Of a stretch of DNA of 64,000 nt, positions 52,901 to 64,000 are shown piece after piece. Both the position numbers and the translations under genes were made by a program. Origin of the DNA: Octopus vulgaris (taxonomy: Eukaryota); the NCBI GenBank assembly GCA_951406725.2, contig OX597827.1, positions 53,010,001 to 53,074,000 on the forward strand, written 5' to 3'. Positions within the stretch are counted from its first letter, which is position 1. Every line of letters begins with the position of its first letter. Below the pieces are notes generated by a model that ran no database searches, had not been told where the DNA came from, and saw only the letters and a list, made by a program, of their open reading frames with translations.

Positions 52901-55093
52901 AATTTCTAATTTGTGAATGTATCTTGATGCTGCTTTTTTTTTTTTTGCATCTCTCTGCCCCATCCTCACTCCAATTCAGGCACTGTTGACAATCCTCACT
53001 TCTGCATCTTCCTTTCAATCCTTACATTGCCTACTTCCACTCTCATTTTCCTACCCACTTCTGGTTTCTGTCTGCACTTCCGTTCACCTGGTACCATATG
53101 GGCACCTCATTACCATTATTTTATCTCTTTGCAGCTACTACTGATTTATTTCTCTCCCCTAAATGTGAGTAGCCATGTAGCTCCTCCGTAAGAACCTGCT
53201 TTTCCCTTCTGCTTTTATACCTTAACATTCATCTGTTAGCATAAAGCTCTTCCTTTTGGGTTTCATAGGCTTGCAATCTGTAGAGTGTTAGAAAGGGCAT
53301 CCAACCATAGAAACTATGCCAGAGCAGACACTGGAGCACAGTGCAGTCCTTGGACCCATCAGATCCTGTCAGACCATCCAACCCATGGAACATGGATTTT
53401 AAATGATGATAGTAACTTGACTGCACAAGTGATTATAATATAAGAGGTTACATGCATTGTTAAAGGAAGTGGTTCTGGCAAAACCATGAGGCATTTTATT
53501 CAAGGGTTCGTCGATCTTAAAAGTTGATGTATATAATACTGTCTTCACATGTAAAAGTGTTAGAATGGTGCTTAGAGGATTTTGCTGAATTTGAATAAAT
53601 GACCCAGTGTCTGAGTATAGAGGTTGGAAGAGATATATGGATTCATGTTAACTGTCTAGAAAAATTTTTGAGGAATACACGTAGAACATGCAGATTTTTT
53701 TTTATTTGTGAACTAGCCTGGGAATTGGGTTCAGTTCCTACATCTATTACTGAATATGCAAGCTTTGATTTTCTGGACTTATCTATTTGAGTGCAACCAT
53801 AGAGATGTGTGAATTTTGGTTCTTTTAATTGCCTGGAGATGTTTTCAAAAGCTATTTGTGGTTTAATAGCTCCAGGCCATCCTGTGTCAAAGGGACTTCA
53901 GTTCTGGTTGTTGTCTCTTTTTTCTTTTGTTTGTTTCATACAGACAATATATCTAGGAGTACATTACTCAAAGTGTCCTTCATTTTTAAAGGCAATTGTA
54001 GAATGTGATTTGTAGCAGATTTAGTCACTATTTTTTCAGTTTAAGTGGCCCTGTAAAGACCCTTCAAGTATGAGTTTATGGTTTAGATGGGAAACGGATT
54101 TTGAAATTCTATTTTATCTTTTTTGATGGTAGATTTTAAAGCATATTTGCTTGTTGTAATGTCACAATGTTGGGGTTGTTGAAGATGCTCATGATGTTAC
54201 TGGTTTAATTTATTTTTACTATCTTGATGTTTAGTTATATTTATACAGCAAAGAGATGCATATGAAAAAAATAAAATGCATATTCCATAAGATAACACTG
54301 ACTGCAAAGCTGAAATAGCCAAATCAAAATTAGGATCAACATAAATGCCAGCAATTTAAGAGGGTTGATTGTGTTAATATATTCCCATTCATGTACTAAG
54401 TTTGGCCTTGTTAGGCCCATTTTGGTGTCTTTTTGAAATTGAAGTTGGTCTAATTTAACCTTTTACTTTTTCTGAATATTGGCAATATGTTCTGGGGTAG
54501 ATTTAGCTGACTATACTTTTTTCTGGATACAAATTTGGTTTGGTGTGTAATAAAAAAAAAAATTGTATTGTTGATTTAGTTTCTTTTCAGTGTGCATTAG
54601 AAAAAAAATCATATTTAATTTTGAATGCAAATTCTGCTGTGGTCAGTTAAGTTAGTATGAAATAAAACTTCAATCAGTAATTATGTTAATATTTGCTGCT
54701 GTTTTTTTAGAAAGTAAAATGAAAACATGCAAAGGACTTGCACCTAGGTAAATGAAGTTAAATTTATGCTATCATTTGAGGGGCACTTTTACTTGAAGGT
54801 CAGACACTTCCTAACTCAGTTGATATTGTTTGGCTTCATATCAATCCTGTTCAGGCAGGTTTATATAAGTTTTCCAACTGTGACCATCTTATTTTCAGAT
54901 ATAGTATGTCTGCTATTTTGAATCAGTGTTTTTTTTTTTTATTTATATATATTTATATATTTATATATATATATATATATATGATTTCTGAGAAGTACAT
55001 TTTTTTTTAATGATTGTGCCTTTTCTTTCTTTTTTGCAGGCAGTTCGTGGCAACAGCATAGTCCTACTTGAGGCATTAGACAGAGTTTCCTGA
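40993..55093 (+). CDS. SNRPG: Small nuclear ribonucleoprotein G (SmG), 77 aa
   Basis: join(40993..41024,49255..49277,52562..52686,55040..55093), GT-AG. Translation [77 protein letters not shown] has Sm1 and Sm2 motifs. Confidence 0.97.
42600..43476 (-). mobile_element. Degraded mariner, 5' two-thirds, in SNRPG intron 1
   Basis: ORF 42602..43054 [11 protein letters not shown]...[22 protein letters not shown]...[24 protein letters not shown]; TIR remnant at 43443-43476. Confidence 0.9.
43613..48145 (-). mobile_element. Decayed Ty3/Gypsy (Mag-like) LTR retrotransposon in SNRPG intron 1
   Basis: Homologous TG..CA LTRs at 43613-43944 and 47364-48145 (the latter interrupted at about 47445-47860). 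PBS TGGCGATGAG 47358-47349; PPT AAAAAGGAGGA next to 43944; integrase [20 protein letters not shown]...[14 protein letters not shown] (44322..44582); RNase H remnant [15 protein letters not shown] near 45100. Confidence 0.88.
46810..47120 (+). mobile_element. RTE LINE 3' tail (other copies 37395-37540 +, 51165-51355 -, 53280-53410 +, 62578-62880 -)
   Basis: GGTGGCACGTAAAAAGCACC subrepeats, CACTACACTCACGGAGTGGTTGGCGTTAGGAAGGGCATCCAGC, (GAT)n tail. Confidence 0.85.
48616..48897. repeat. Exact 141-bp tandem duplication, each unit with a perfect 18-bp hairpin
   Basis: Units 48616-48756 and 48757-48897 read as identical; TAATGGGTGTGATCAGAA-GGA-TTCTGATCACACCCATTA at 48645-48683 and 48786-48824. Confidence 0.95.
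49680..51110 (+). mobile_element. Old degraded LINE (RTE/BovB-like) in SNRPG intron 2
   Basis: Remnants [21 protein letters not shown] and a C-terminal CPTCAR zinc-finger-like piece; many stops. Confidence 0.65.
53450..54200 (-). mobile_element. Possible very old retroelement (Penelope-like RT) remnant
   Basis: Only faint motif traces (PKIH-like); heavily decayed. Confidence 0.25.
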
Positions 55094-55225
55094 AGTTGAC
55101 TTTGTCAGTCTGTGTATATGAAATCTAATTGTTGAAATAGAATGTGTGTGTGTGTGTACAATGTGAAGTGTGAATGTAGATTTTAAAAATATTTCATTTT
55201 CTTTTTAAAAACACATTTTGTCTTA

Positions 55226-55231
55226 AATAAA
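55226..55231 (+). terminator. Probable polyadenylation signal of SNRPG
   Basis: AATAAA about 130 nt after the stop codon, followed by U/GU-rich sequence. Confidence 0.6.
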
Positions 55232-56202
55232 TCACCTTTTATCACAAAGCATAGTCATTGTTGTAAATTTTGTATAACTATCCAAGAAATTGTTCAAGGG
55301 TTCACTTTAATTTTTATTATTATTTTTTTTTCCCCATTTGTATGTGTGTTAGTTGGGGGCTTCCTAAATTGGTCTGAATAGATCAGTGGTAGTGGATACA
55401 AGCTTAGGACTTCATGGAAATGGTAATTTACTAGTTTGTATTTATAGATCCCTGGTTCATATAGACTAATTGTCAAATATTATACATGGGTAAAATGCCT
55501 GATTGGATGTGATGGCCACCAGTAATGTGTCATTCATGTATGTTCAGAACTTATGGGTTATTTAAATAAACAAATGATCTGGCTCTGACTGAAACAATTT
55601 GGATGTTTTGGGTATAGTTAATGATGAATATAGCTATATTGTTGTCACAAAAGAATACATTTAAAACCAATTATATATTAAATGAATGAAATGATAAAAA
55701 TGCTAAATTGAAAAACATCACATTTTATAATGAATTATGAGATGTTCTTAGTAAAAAAACAAAAAGGGGCTTTTAATAAAAATAAAAGAAAAACAGAAAA
55801 GCTAAAATTAAAACTCGGTGCCTGAAGTTTTAATTTCTTATCCCTGGCAACCTATTTTCAATTATTAAATTATTAACAGACAATCTGATTCTGACTGACA
55901 AGATTTGGATCTTCATTTGTTAACTCTTTAACGTTAAGATTACTCTGCTGTCAAATGTAATGCTTATTTATTCACACTGTTTTGAATTAATCATGCATCA
56001 TCTCAATATTGAGATCATTTATTTTTAGAATAATGTTGTAGGTTATGAGAAGCCAGATCTGGCCGATTTAAATGCTGAAGGGTAAGTCAGTTTAGTATTG
56101 CCAGTTGTTTGTTAGTGTGGCTATTAGGTCATTACTAATATAATATCAATTCACCTGTCTGTATTTTGAAAAAAAATTTAATCTTGAAACCAGAAGCATT
56201 AA

Positions 56203-57277
56203 CCCTTTCGTTACCAAACCGCCCGAAAAAAATTTTGGTTTATGAAACCAAACCGCCCAAAGCCGCCCGAATTTACCTATTCATATTTAAATGAGAATAT
56301 CAGAGCAAATCTCTTCAGTACATTCGTGAAAACACGTATTATACTTCGTAAACAGTTCAACTACAGTTTTGTACAATAATCGAAGTGTAATTTTAATTCC
56401 GTGAATTTTGGGATATTTTTTTCCGAAATTTGTTCCTTATTGTGTTTTCAAAATTTGTAATTCTGACAAAAAAATGGATACGAATTTCATTATATCAAGC
56501 AGCGAGTCAGAATTCGAAGGATTTTCTACTGAAGACCTTCATAAATCTAACTCTATGACTGAAAAAAAAAAAGCACATGGTATTTGATAATGAATTTGAT
56601 GTTTCATTTTCCGAAAGTGAAAACAGTGAATCTGAGATCTCCGATAGCGATAAAGAAAACGAATTGGCACCTGAATGGAGTGAAAATTTAAAAGCTGTTT
56701 CTTTCGGTGATTTTTCTGCAGAAACTGGACCAAGCCACAGACTTTCCCAGAAGGGTAAAGCCTTAGGCTATTTCTATTTACTTTTTCGAATGAGCCTATT
56801 TGAAATCATTACAGCGAAAACGAACCGTTACGCTAAACATAAACAAAACGAAAGAAAAGATAGTTTGTTATTTCCCACAACCTTAAATGAAATTAAGGCC
56901 TATTTTGCCATAAATATTATTATGGGTATCAGAAAGTTACCCAGAATAACAAATTCTATCGTAAAATTTTGTTGTATACCCAATTGAATATTAGCTAATA
57001 TTTTCTATAGCGATGTTTGAACAAAATTTTAATAATTTTATATTTTGTGGAATTTACCTGTATCTACCTGCAAATAGAGTCACTTTGTGACAAAAATTAT
57101 AGTATAGAATTGGTTGAGAATATTTCATTAAATTATCTTCCAAAAATCAGATTAATATATCGATAAATAAAAAAGTTATAGTTGTTTAATGAAACCAGAC
57201 TAAATTTATGATTACGTTAGAAATTAATTGAAACACATAAGGGGTGTAATTTGGTCAGAAATATAGTAACGAAAGGG
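56203..57277 (+). mobile_element. Young internally deleted piggyBac element (1075 bp)
   Basis: TTAA TSDs at 56199-56202 and 57278-57281; perfect 12-bp TIR CCCTTTCGTTAC/GTAACGAAAGGG; acidic N-terminus plus YFYLLF...TNRYA...PTTLNEIKAYFAINIIMGIRKLP (ORF 56577..56987); catalytic domain missing; CpGs retained. Confidence 0.93.
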
Positions 57278-58402
57278 TTAAGAGAAGCAACCCCTTGGTA
57301 CAGTTCTCAAGACTATCTGAAATTCAGGTTCATAACAAATCTAATGCCTCTTTCTTTGTATTGTGAAAAGTAATTTTGTAATGATTCCTGGATTCTCAGT
57401 TAAGCTCATCTACTTTAGGCAAATACAGCCTTGAGAATTTTGCAAATTTGTCGTCAATAGAGCAATCAGAAAAAATATTTCTGATATTGACTGGCTTATC
57501 TATAAAAACTCCGTTAAGAATTTGCAAGGAGACTTTAAAGCCTGACTCAAGGATTTCGAAATATGGAAATTATTGAATGGATTATTTCTCCAATTGAAAC
57601 ATGCATGTTTAACTTTTACTTATTTCAGTCTGTGGCCATGCTGGAGCACTGCCATTGGGAATTTTTAGTTGAATGAATTGACCCCAGTCCTTTTTTTCTA
57701 AGCTTGGTACTTATTTTATCATGCCCTTTTGTCGAACCGCTGTTACAGGAGTATAAAAACATCAACACTGGTTGTCAAGTGTTGGTGGGGGACACACATA
57801 CATGATGGGCTTTGGTTTGTCTGAACTGTCTTGGAGAATTTGTTGAGATGGTTTTTTGATTAAGAAGCAGAGTATATATTCATATTTAAAGGAACTGGAC
57901 ACGAACAAATAAAAAAAGAAAAAAATTAGAATATATCAGTTTTGGTGCAGTTGTTGAAATCTTAGTTTTTATAGATGGTGGAATATGAGTGCCATGTGCA
58001 TTATTTACTGAGTGCAAAAACACTTTGAACTCAATATGGTTATTTGCTGCTCAAACTCACAAATCTAGTATTTGTGATTATTTTTGGTGTCCACTAAATC
58101 AATCCTTTCTATTAAAAAATGATTCAAATATTAAAGGTGTTTGAAGATACTTTACTCATGTAAATTGTATTAAATACTGGTAAATTAGTTATTTAATTGA
58201 TATTCAATTAATTTGGGGACGAATTGAAATCAAATCTTTTTATTAGTGGTATATGAGAAATCCTGCTACCCTCTCACAGAAGAGAGGGTAGCACTTGTGA
58301 CCTTATTGCAAGGACTGCAAAAAACTGGTGGCAGGGAAAAGAGAAAAATATAATGGTCAAATGTGAGTGATGTGAAGGTCATTCAGAAGTCAGGCGTTGG
58401 TG

Positions 58403-61400
58403 TTACAAGGCAAGACCCTTCTTAAGGATTATGTTTCCATATTTTGCCAGTTCACTACAAGGAAGATCAAAAATTATTTCATTTAAGGAGGGAATAAAAT
58501 AGTTGCAAAAGCAAAGATTTTTGAAGCTAGGCAATCTGAAATGTCACATATATATTGGTATAAGCACATGAAATGAGAATCAAAATAAAGGTCTGTGCAT
58601 TTTTAAAACATTCCTGTATACTAGAACAGGAAGACATTTACTGTGGGATTTTGTATTTCAAACATATTTTCCCTGACTTTTTGTATAAAAACATTGAGCT
58701 AATCTCCAACAGAATATTGTTTGCTGTTTTCTATGTATAGCAACATAATTTCCAGTCCAGCTCAAATGACTGAGGAAGTGAAATCATGTTGAAACTTGTC
58801 TGCTAAATAACATATCATTTGGAGCTCAGCTTGATGTTTTTACACAAAGTGTAATAGAGATCATTTTTTCTGATACACAATCCTGTAATGGATGCATTTT
58901 ATGTTCTAGTGTACAGGAATTTACCTAAACAAAAAAAAAAAAGAAAAAAAAAAAAAGCTGCTTAGTATGGAGTATGTAAGTTTTACTAAAAGAAATTATT
59001 AAAGTTTATATTGTCTCAAATTCTCTTGAATTCCAATTTTTTATCAAAATGTGGTTCTCAGTATTATTACTGAAGTTATCAACTTCATGATTCAATCACA
59101 AAACACAACTTTTATTCATTGTGACACAGCATTTTTTTCATGTCTCTGTTTAGACTTTGACGTAACTAAAGTGTAGGGAAGATTAATAGCTATAACTTTA
59201 TAACACTAAAGGAAAAGTTAGGAACAATATAAGTGTCAGCTGAAAAGTTCATAGGCTGACAAAACTGCCCTTATGGAATGTGACCAAATGAGATTTATTT
59301 TTTAACATAATTCCCCTTTCAGTCCACAATTCTTTCAATGGTGTTGCAGTGCTTGGATCTCACTGCTGACCAATGTCAAAAAAGTCATCATCACTCTGAT
59401 ACTGGTTGCCAGCTAAATGCCCTTCCGTGTTACGGAACAGATGATAGTTAGATGGGGCCAAATCAGGAGAATAGGGAAGGTGATGAATCACTTCAAAGCC
59501 AGAGTCATGCACAATAGCCATTAAAATGAAGGACTTGTGTACTGGAGCATTGTTTTGATGAAACAAGACTCCTTTTGTCAGTTTTCCTGGACATCAGGTC
59601 TTGATAGCCTTTCATGACAGCCTCAGCAAGTTGGTATAGTTTTCTCCATTAATAGCATGGCTCTTTTGAAGATAATCATGAAGACAATGTCCTTTGCATC
59701 CTAAAATACAGGCCATCACCTTCCCTGCAAATGAAACAATCATAGCCGTCTTTAGAGGAGGTGTGTTTCCACTCCATAGATCAACTCTCTTACTCTCTTT
59801 TACTTGTTTCAGTCATTTGACTGCGGCTATGCTGGAGCACCGTCTTTAGTCGAGCAAATCGACCCCGGGACTTATTCTTTGTAAGCCCAGTACTTATTCT
59901 ATTGGTCTCTTTTGCCGAACCGCTAAGTGACGGGGACGTAAACACACCAGCATCGGCTGTCAAGCAATGCTAGGGGGACAAACACAGAAGACACTTGCCC
60001 AAGATGCCACGCAGTGGGACTGAACCTGGAACCATGTGGTTGGTTAGCAAGCTACTTACCACACAGCCACTCCTGTGCCTTTATCTCTGGTTTAAAGTGA
60101 TGAAACCAACACTTGACCTGCTGGAAACCATGTCAAATTTTCCCGTATGATTAACCTGGTGTGCTTTTGATCAGGTGTCAAGATATGGCACCTACTGAGC
60201 AAAAACCTTTGTCATACCAAGTTCATTGTGCAAAATATTCTCAACTCTCACAGAATACACTAATAACATTGGCTATTTGTTTTATAGTCAATTACCTGTC
60301 ATCCATCACCATGTGGTGAACACAATGTTTTCCTCAGCTGTGGTAGTTACAGGATGTTCAGACATTGGGTCATTGTTAAGGCTCCCTCACCCTCCTAAAT
60401 TCAGCTATCCACTTTGGCACTATTGATAAAGCTGGAACATTATTCCCTATGTCAGCATGAATGTCTTTGGGGACTAAGCCATTTTTCTGCAGGTATCTGA
60501 TAATGCCATCATGCCAAATTTTATCCATTTTCAAGAAAAGTTGCTACTAGTCACTTTTGAAGTCTTCTTTGAACAGGCAGGCCAATGACATTTTACCTAG
60601 AAATGCAGTTATTTATAAGAAGAGCTGAAATTAATACATGCCATGCAAAATTTCACAGCTTTAGCATCACTTCATAATAAATGTATGAACTTTTCAGCTC
60701 ATAATGCTAAAGCTTTACCACAAATTTTTGTGAAATTTCAACTCTGGTTTTCAGCTTTAATTTTTTTGTTATTGAATTTTTTGTAAAAAATATAAATAAA
60801 ATACATTTTACCCTGTGTGAACAATAGCATATGCTCTTTTGGCTTGTTCATAGAAAGCAAATCTTTCGACTTCAATCATTTTCATCTGCAAATAGATGAA
60901 GTGAAGAAAACATATAAAGCTATATTTCTGAGTTGTATTTGTAAGAAATAATTTTGTTTATAGTTTCAACTCTTTTCTGATTAATACAACATTGCTTACA
61001 CATTTATTCTCTGCTTCTGATAAAATCTTCTCATATTCAGCCAAGTGAGGCAGTAGCAAATTTTTATCTTCATCAGTTTTCTTCATAACAAAAACCTATA
61101 TAAGTAGATAAAATTTTTATTTAGATGAGAAAATTCATTACAAAGATAAATGTTGGTCATTTCTTTTTCACATTTCCCACTATCCCAGAGTTTTAAAAAA
61201 AGAGGTTACAACTGGAGGCTAAGTTGACATGGATTTGTTTTGTCTTGTCTTGTCTATTCTCATGTTCATTACTGTAGGTTGGAGACTATGGATGCATGCA
61301 CCATATTTATCCATGTATTCCTACCTTTCACAATGATTATTCATTCAGCGTGGGTCTTCCATTCCATTCTTTGATGCTATCCAACCAGCATCTTCTCAGT

Positions 61401-63247
61401 CTCTCTCTACTTCATTTCCCATTGACTCTTCCTGCAAGATATGAGTGCTGAGGTTCTGGGCCCTGATGGTATGCTCAAAATACTGAGTTTAATAACAACT
61501 AAATAATATACACAATATTTGTTACCCAATTTTAAATAACCTTCCTTTACTTTCTGACTTCTGTTTATGAACATCTAATACTAGCAAAAAATTTGCATGT
61601 GGTTGACTCAATAATGTAGCAGATAATATTTTGTTGGCAGTACTTAGTTCAATTCCTCCAGAAGGAAATGCTAATAACACCCTATCTGGGAGGAGATTTA
61701 CCTCTTATTTGCTTAATATTACAGTAACCAGAGTTAAGCCTCATTAACCACTGGCCCTTTGAATCCTTGAAATTCAGAAAAAGATTAGCTAAGCAGTATA
61801 ATCCAGAGATAATTGCATTGTATGTACTTGGCAAGACATAGAGAATATACGTGATTACAGACAAGTAAATTAGTTGAACTGTAGAAAACTAGTAAAACAG
61901 GATTGGCCAAAAGTCACTTGACAGTAAATCAAAACCATTTAATTCCAAGATTTATTTGTGTTTAACAACTAAATGAATTTAATAAAAGCATCTAAATATG
62001 AAACATCATGAAAATTGTTCAAATTGAAGTCCTCCTTCAGTGACACCTTTTCCCATTTGAGTCAATACAGAATTACCAATAGTGTTTATGGTTTACTGTC
62101 AGGTGACTTTTGGCCATATAAGCATCTATTGGCTATAAGCATCTGTCAACAGGTTAAGAAAGAAAATAAAGTCTGGTTGCTTGGAGCAACATCATATAAG
62201 CTAAGGATTGAAAGGTATCTGATTTTGTATTGTCTGGTCAAGAGAATATCAAGTGTGTTTGTTCAGTATGAATTTGAAAAATTTTGTAGTGTAGAAAAAA
62301 CATTATGTCAAATTGAGACCTCATTAAACAAGCCTACTGCATCATTGAAAACTGAACTGTAAATCCATGATGATAATGATCACAGAGGGCAGGATTTATA
62401 AGTAATAAGGTACTACAGTTGAAAAACCTTACTGAGTCTTCATAGGTGTCCAATGGGAACAGCTGCAATATAGCTTTTAATAACTCTGGTATTTTGTGTC
62501 CTAAAAAAAGAAAAGAAAGAAATGAATACACACACATATATATACTTATGTATCTATACACATATATACCTATACACAATCATCATCATCATTTAACATC
62601 CGTTCTCCATGGGTTGGACGGTTCGACCGGGGATCTGGGAAGCCAGAAGGCTGCACCAGGCTCCAGTCTGATCTGGCAGTATTTCTACAGCTGGATGCCC
62701 TTCCTAACGCCAACCACTCCGTGAGTGTAGTGGGTGCTTTTTACGTGCCACCTGCACAAGTGCCAGGCGAGGCTGACAACGGCCACGGTCGGATTGGTGC
62801 ATTTTACGTGCCACCGGCACGGAAGCCAGTCGAGGTGGCACTGGCATCGGCCACGATTCGGAAGGTGCTTTTTACGTGCCAATTTCTCAGTTTTTGAGGA
62901 TTTGTATATTTTCTTTTTTTATTTTTTTGCAACATTTTAATGTTTCTATCTCCCTCCCTCTTGCTGTGCATTTGTATATTTCTTAATGTGTGAGTCTGCT
63001 TTTAATGCTACTGCTAAAATAAGTTTAGTGACCAAAAAGCTGTAACCAAATATCCAGTTCATACCCAAAGGCATTATTTGAACAATCTTAATTTCATCAA
63101 GAATTGTGTGTGTGTGTGTGTGTGTGTAGCTATCCAGTTATCTGGTTATAACAAATGATTAAGAAATTTTTAACTTACCATCTGCCCTAATTTCAATTGG
63201 TCCCCGACGACAAATAGATGATGTAGGAAAGTGTGCATCTGCCAAAA
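58403..63247 (-). CDS. FUOM: Fucose mutarotase (RbsD/FucU family); first coding exon lies beyond the window end
   Basis: complement(63179..63247,62433..62500,61000..61095,60812..60885,58403..58454), GT-AG, phases consistent. Translation LADAHFPTSSICRRGPIEIRADGHKIPELLKAILQLFPLDTYEDS-VFVMKK...[41 protein letters not shown]. Confidence 0.95.
59230..60703 (-). mobile_element. Near full-length decayed mariner (with a nested SINE at 59783-60080) in the last FUOM intron
   Basis: TIR remnants CAGCTGAAAAGTTCATAGGCTGAC / TATGAACTTTTCAGCT; ORF 59360..59566 FHQNNAPVHKS...HLPYSPDLAPSNYHLF (mariner YSPDLAP motif). Confidence 0.9.
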
Positions 63248-64000
63248 CTGAAATCAAACACAGCAAACAAAAGATCTACTTTTAGGAAGTCTCAATTCAA
63301 GAGTTAATGATTTACTGCCATAAGTACTTATAAGTGAACAATTGAATGCATACAAAACAATATCACATACTTTCTGTTCTTCCCCACAAATTTGAAATGG
63401 TAATATGGAAATTTGTGGCCCTGTATCAATCAGTTAGCAACATTTTTGATGAATGTTAGGAAAATTTGTCATCTCTATTTGTGGCCCAAAGTGTTTCTTG
63501 TTATGGAAAGAGGAAAATCCAGAAACAAGATTCACCTGCAGAAAACCACAAGACTGAAGAATACACTGCTGAGCCTTTAATCCAAATCTGCAATAGTACT
63601 AATTGTATAATTGCTTTGAGCTTAAAAAACTAGGGCTTTGAGAATATTCATGAGAGAAACTGTCTGCAGATAGAGGATCAGTTAAGCTCATCATCTAATA
63701 TACACGGTAAGTGTCTGTACTAATATGGCCTGATGCTCCATCTTAGAATCAAAGGTCATAGAAGAAATGCCCAGTGAAGAAGAAACTAGACTGTCAACAC
63801 AAATACTACTGAATGAAGTTCATCAATATTATAAGCATGGATGGTGAAAAGAAAACAGAAGCGATAAAAATGAGCACTTGCACAGCCCTAGACCCCCAAA
63901 CCGCTTGGGCAAAATTTATAATAATAATAATGAAATTATTGTATACAGTGCTCAGGTGCACCACAACTTGTCGGAAAGTGCATATAAAGTACATGCAGTA

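Noticed and set aside
55037-55043. Tandem acceptor CAG-GCAG in the last SNRPG exon
   Set aside because: The distal AG shifts the frame by 4 nt and destroys the RGNS Sm2 motif; the proximal AG gives the canonical protein.

Overview
AT-rich, repeat-dense animal genomic DNA; the SINE, RTE-tail and (TA)n repeat landscape suggests a cephalopod such as Octopus (inference). Reading exons by hand gives four spliced genes, mostly missed by the ORF track: (1) the 3' part of HPS1 (+, six exons 604-9121), with a U12-type GT-AG intron at 2719-4124; (2) a complete NF-YA-family gene (-, CDS 27947->20332, 307 aa, probable non-coding exon 1 near 39537-39620) whose usually invariant DNA-binding motif reads YLYESRH...RGQGGVF; (3) complete SNRPG/SmG (+, 40993-55093, 77 aa), divergent from NF-YA across a CpG-retaining promoter region; (4) FUOM, fucose mutarotase (-, 63247->58403, first exon outside the window). 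The rest is decayed mobile DNA: mariner, Tc1, rosa-like and Tigger elements, a TTAA-flanked piggyBac deletion derivative and MITEs, a Gypsy LTR element, RTE LINEs, Helitron-like elements and many tRNA-SINEs. Best leads: the divergent NF-YA DNA-binding loop, the minor intron with a possible second U12-like acceptor, a decayed hammerhead ribozyme in an HPS1 intron, and an exact 141-bp duplication with perfect 18-bp hairpins near the SNRPG microexon. I found no convincing new multi-gene system.
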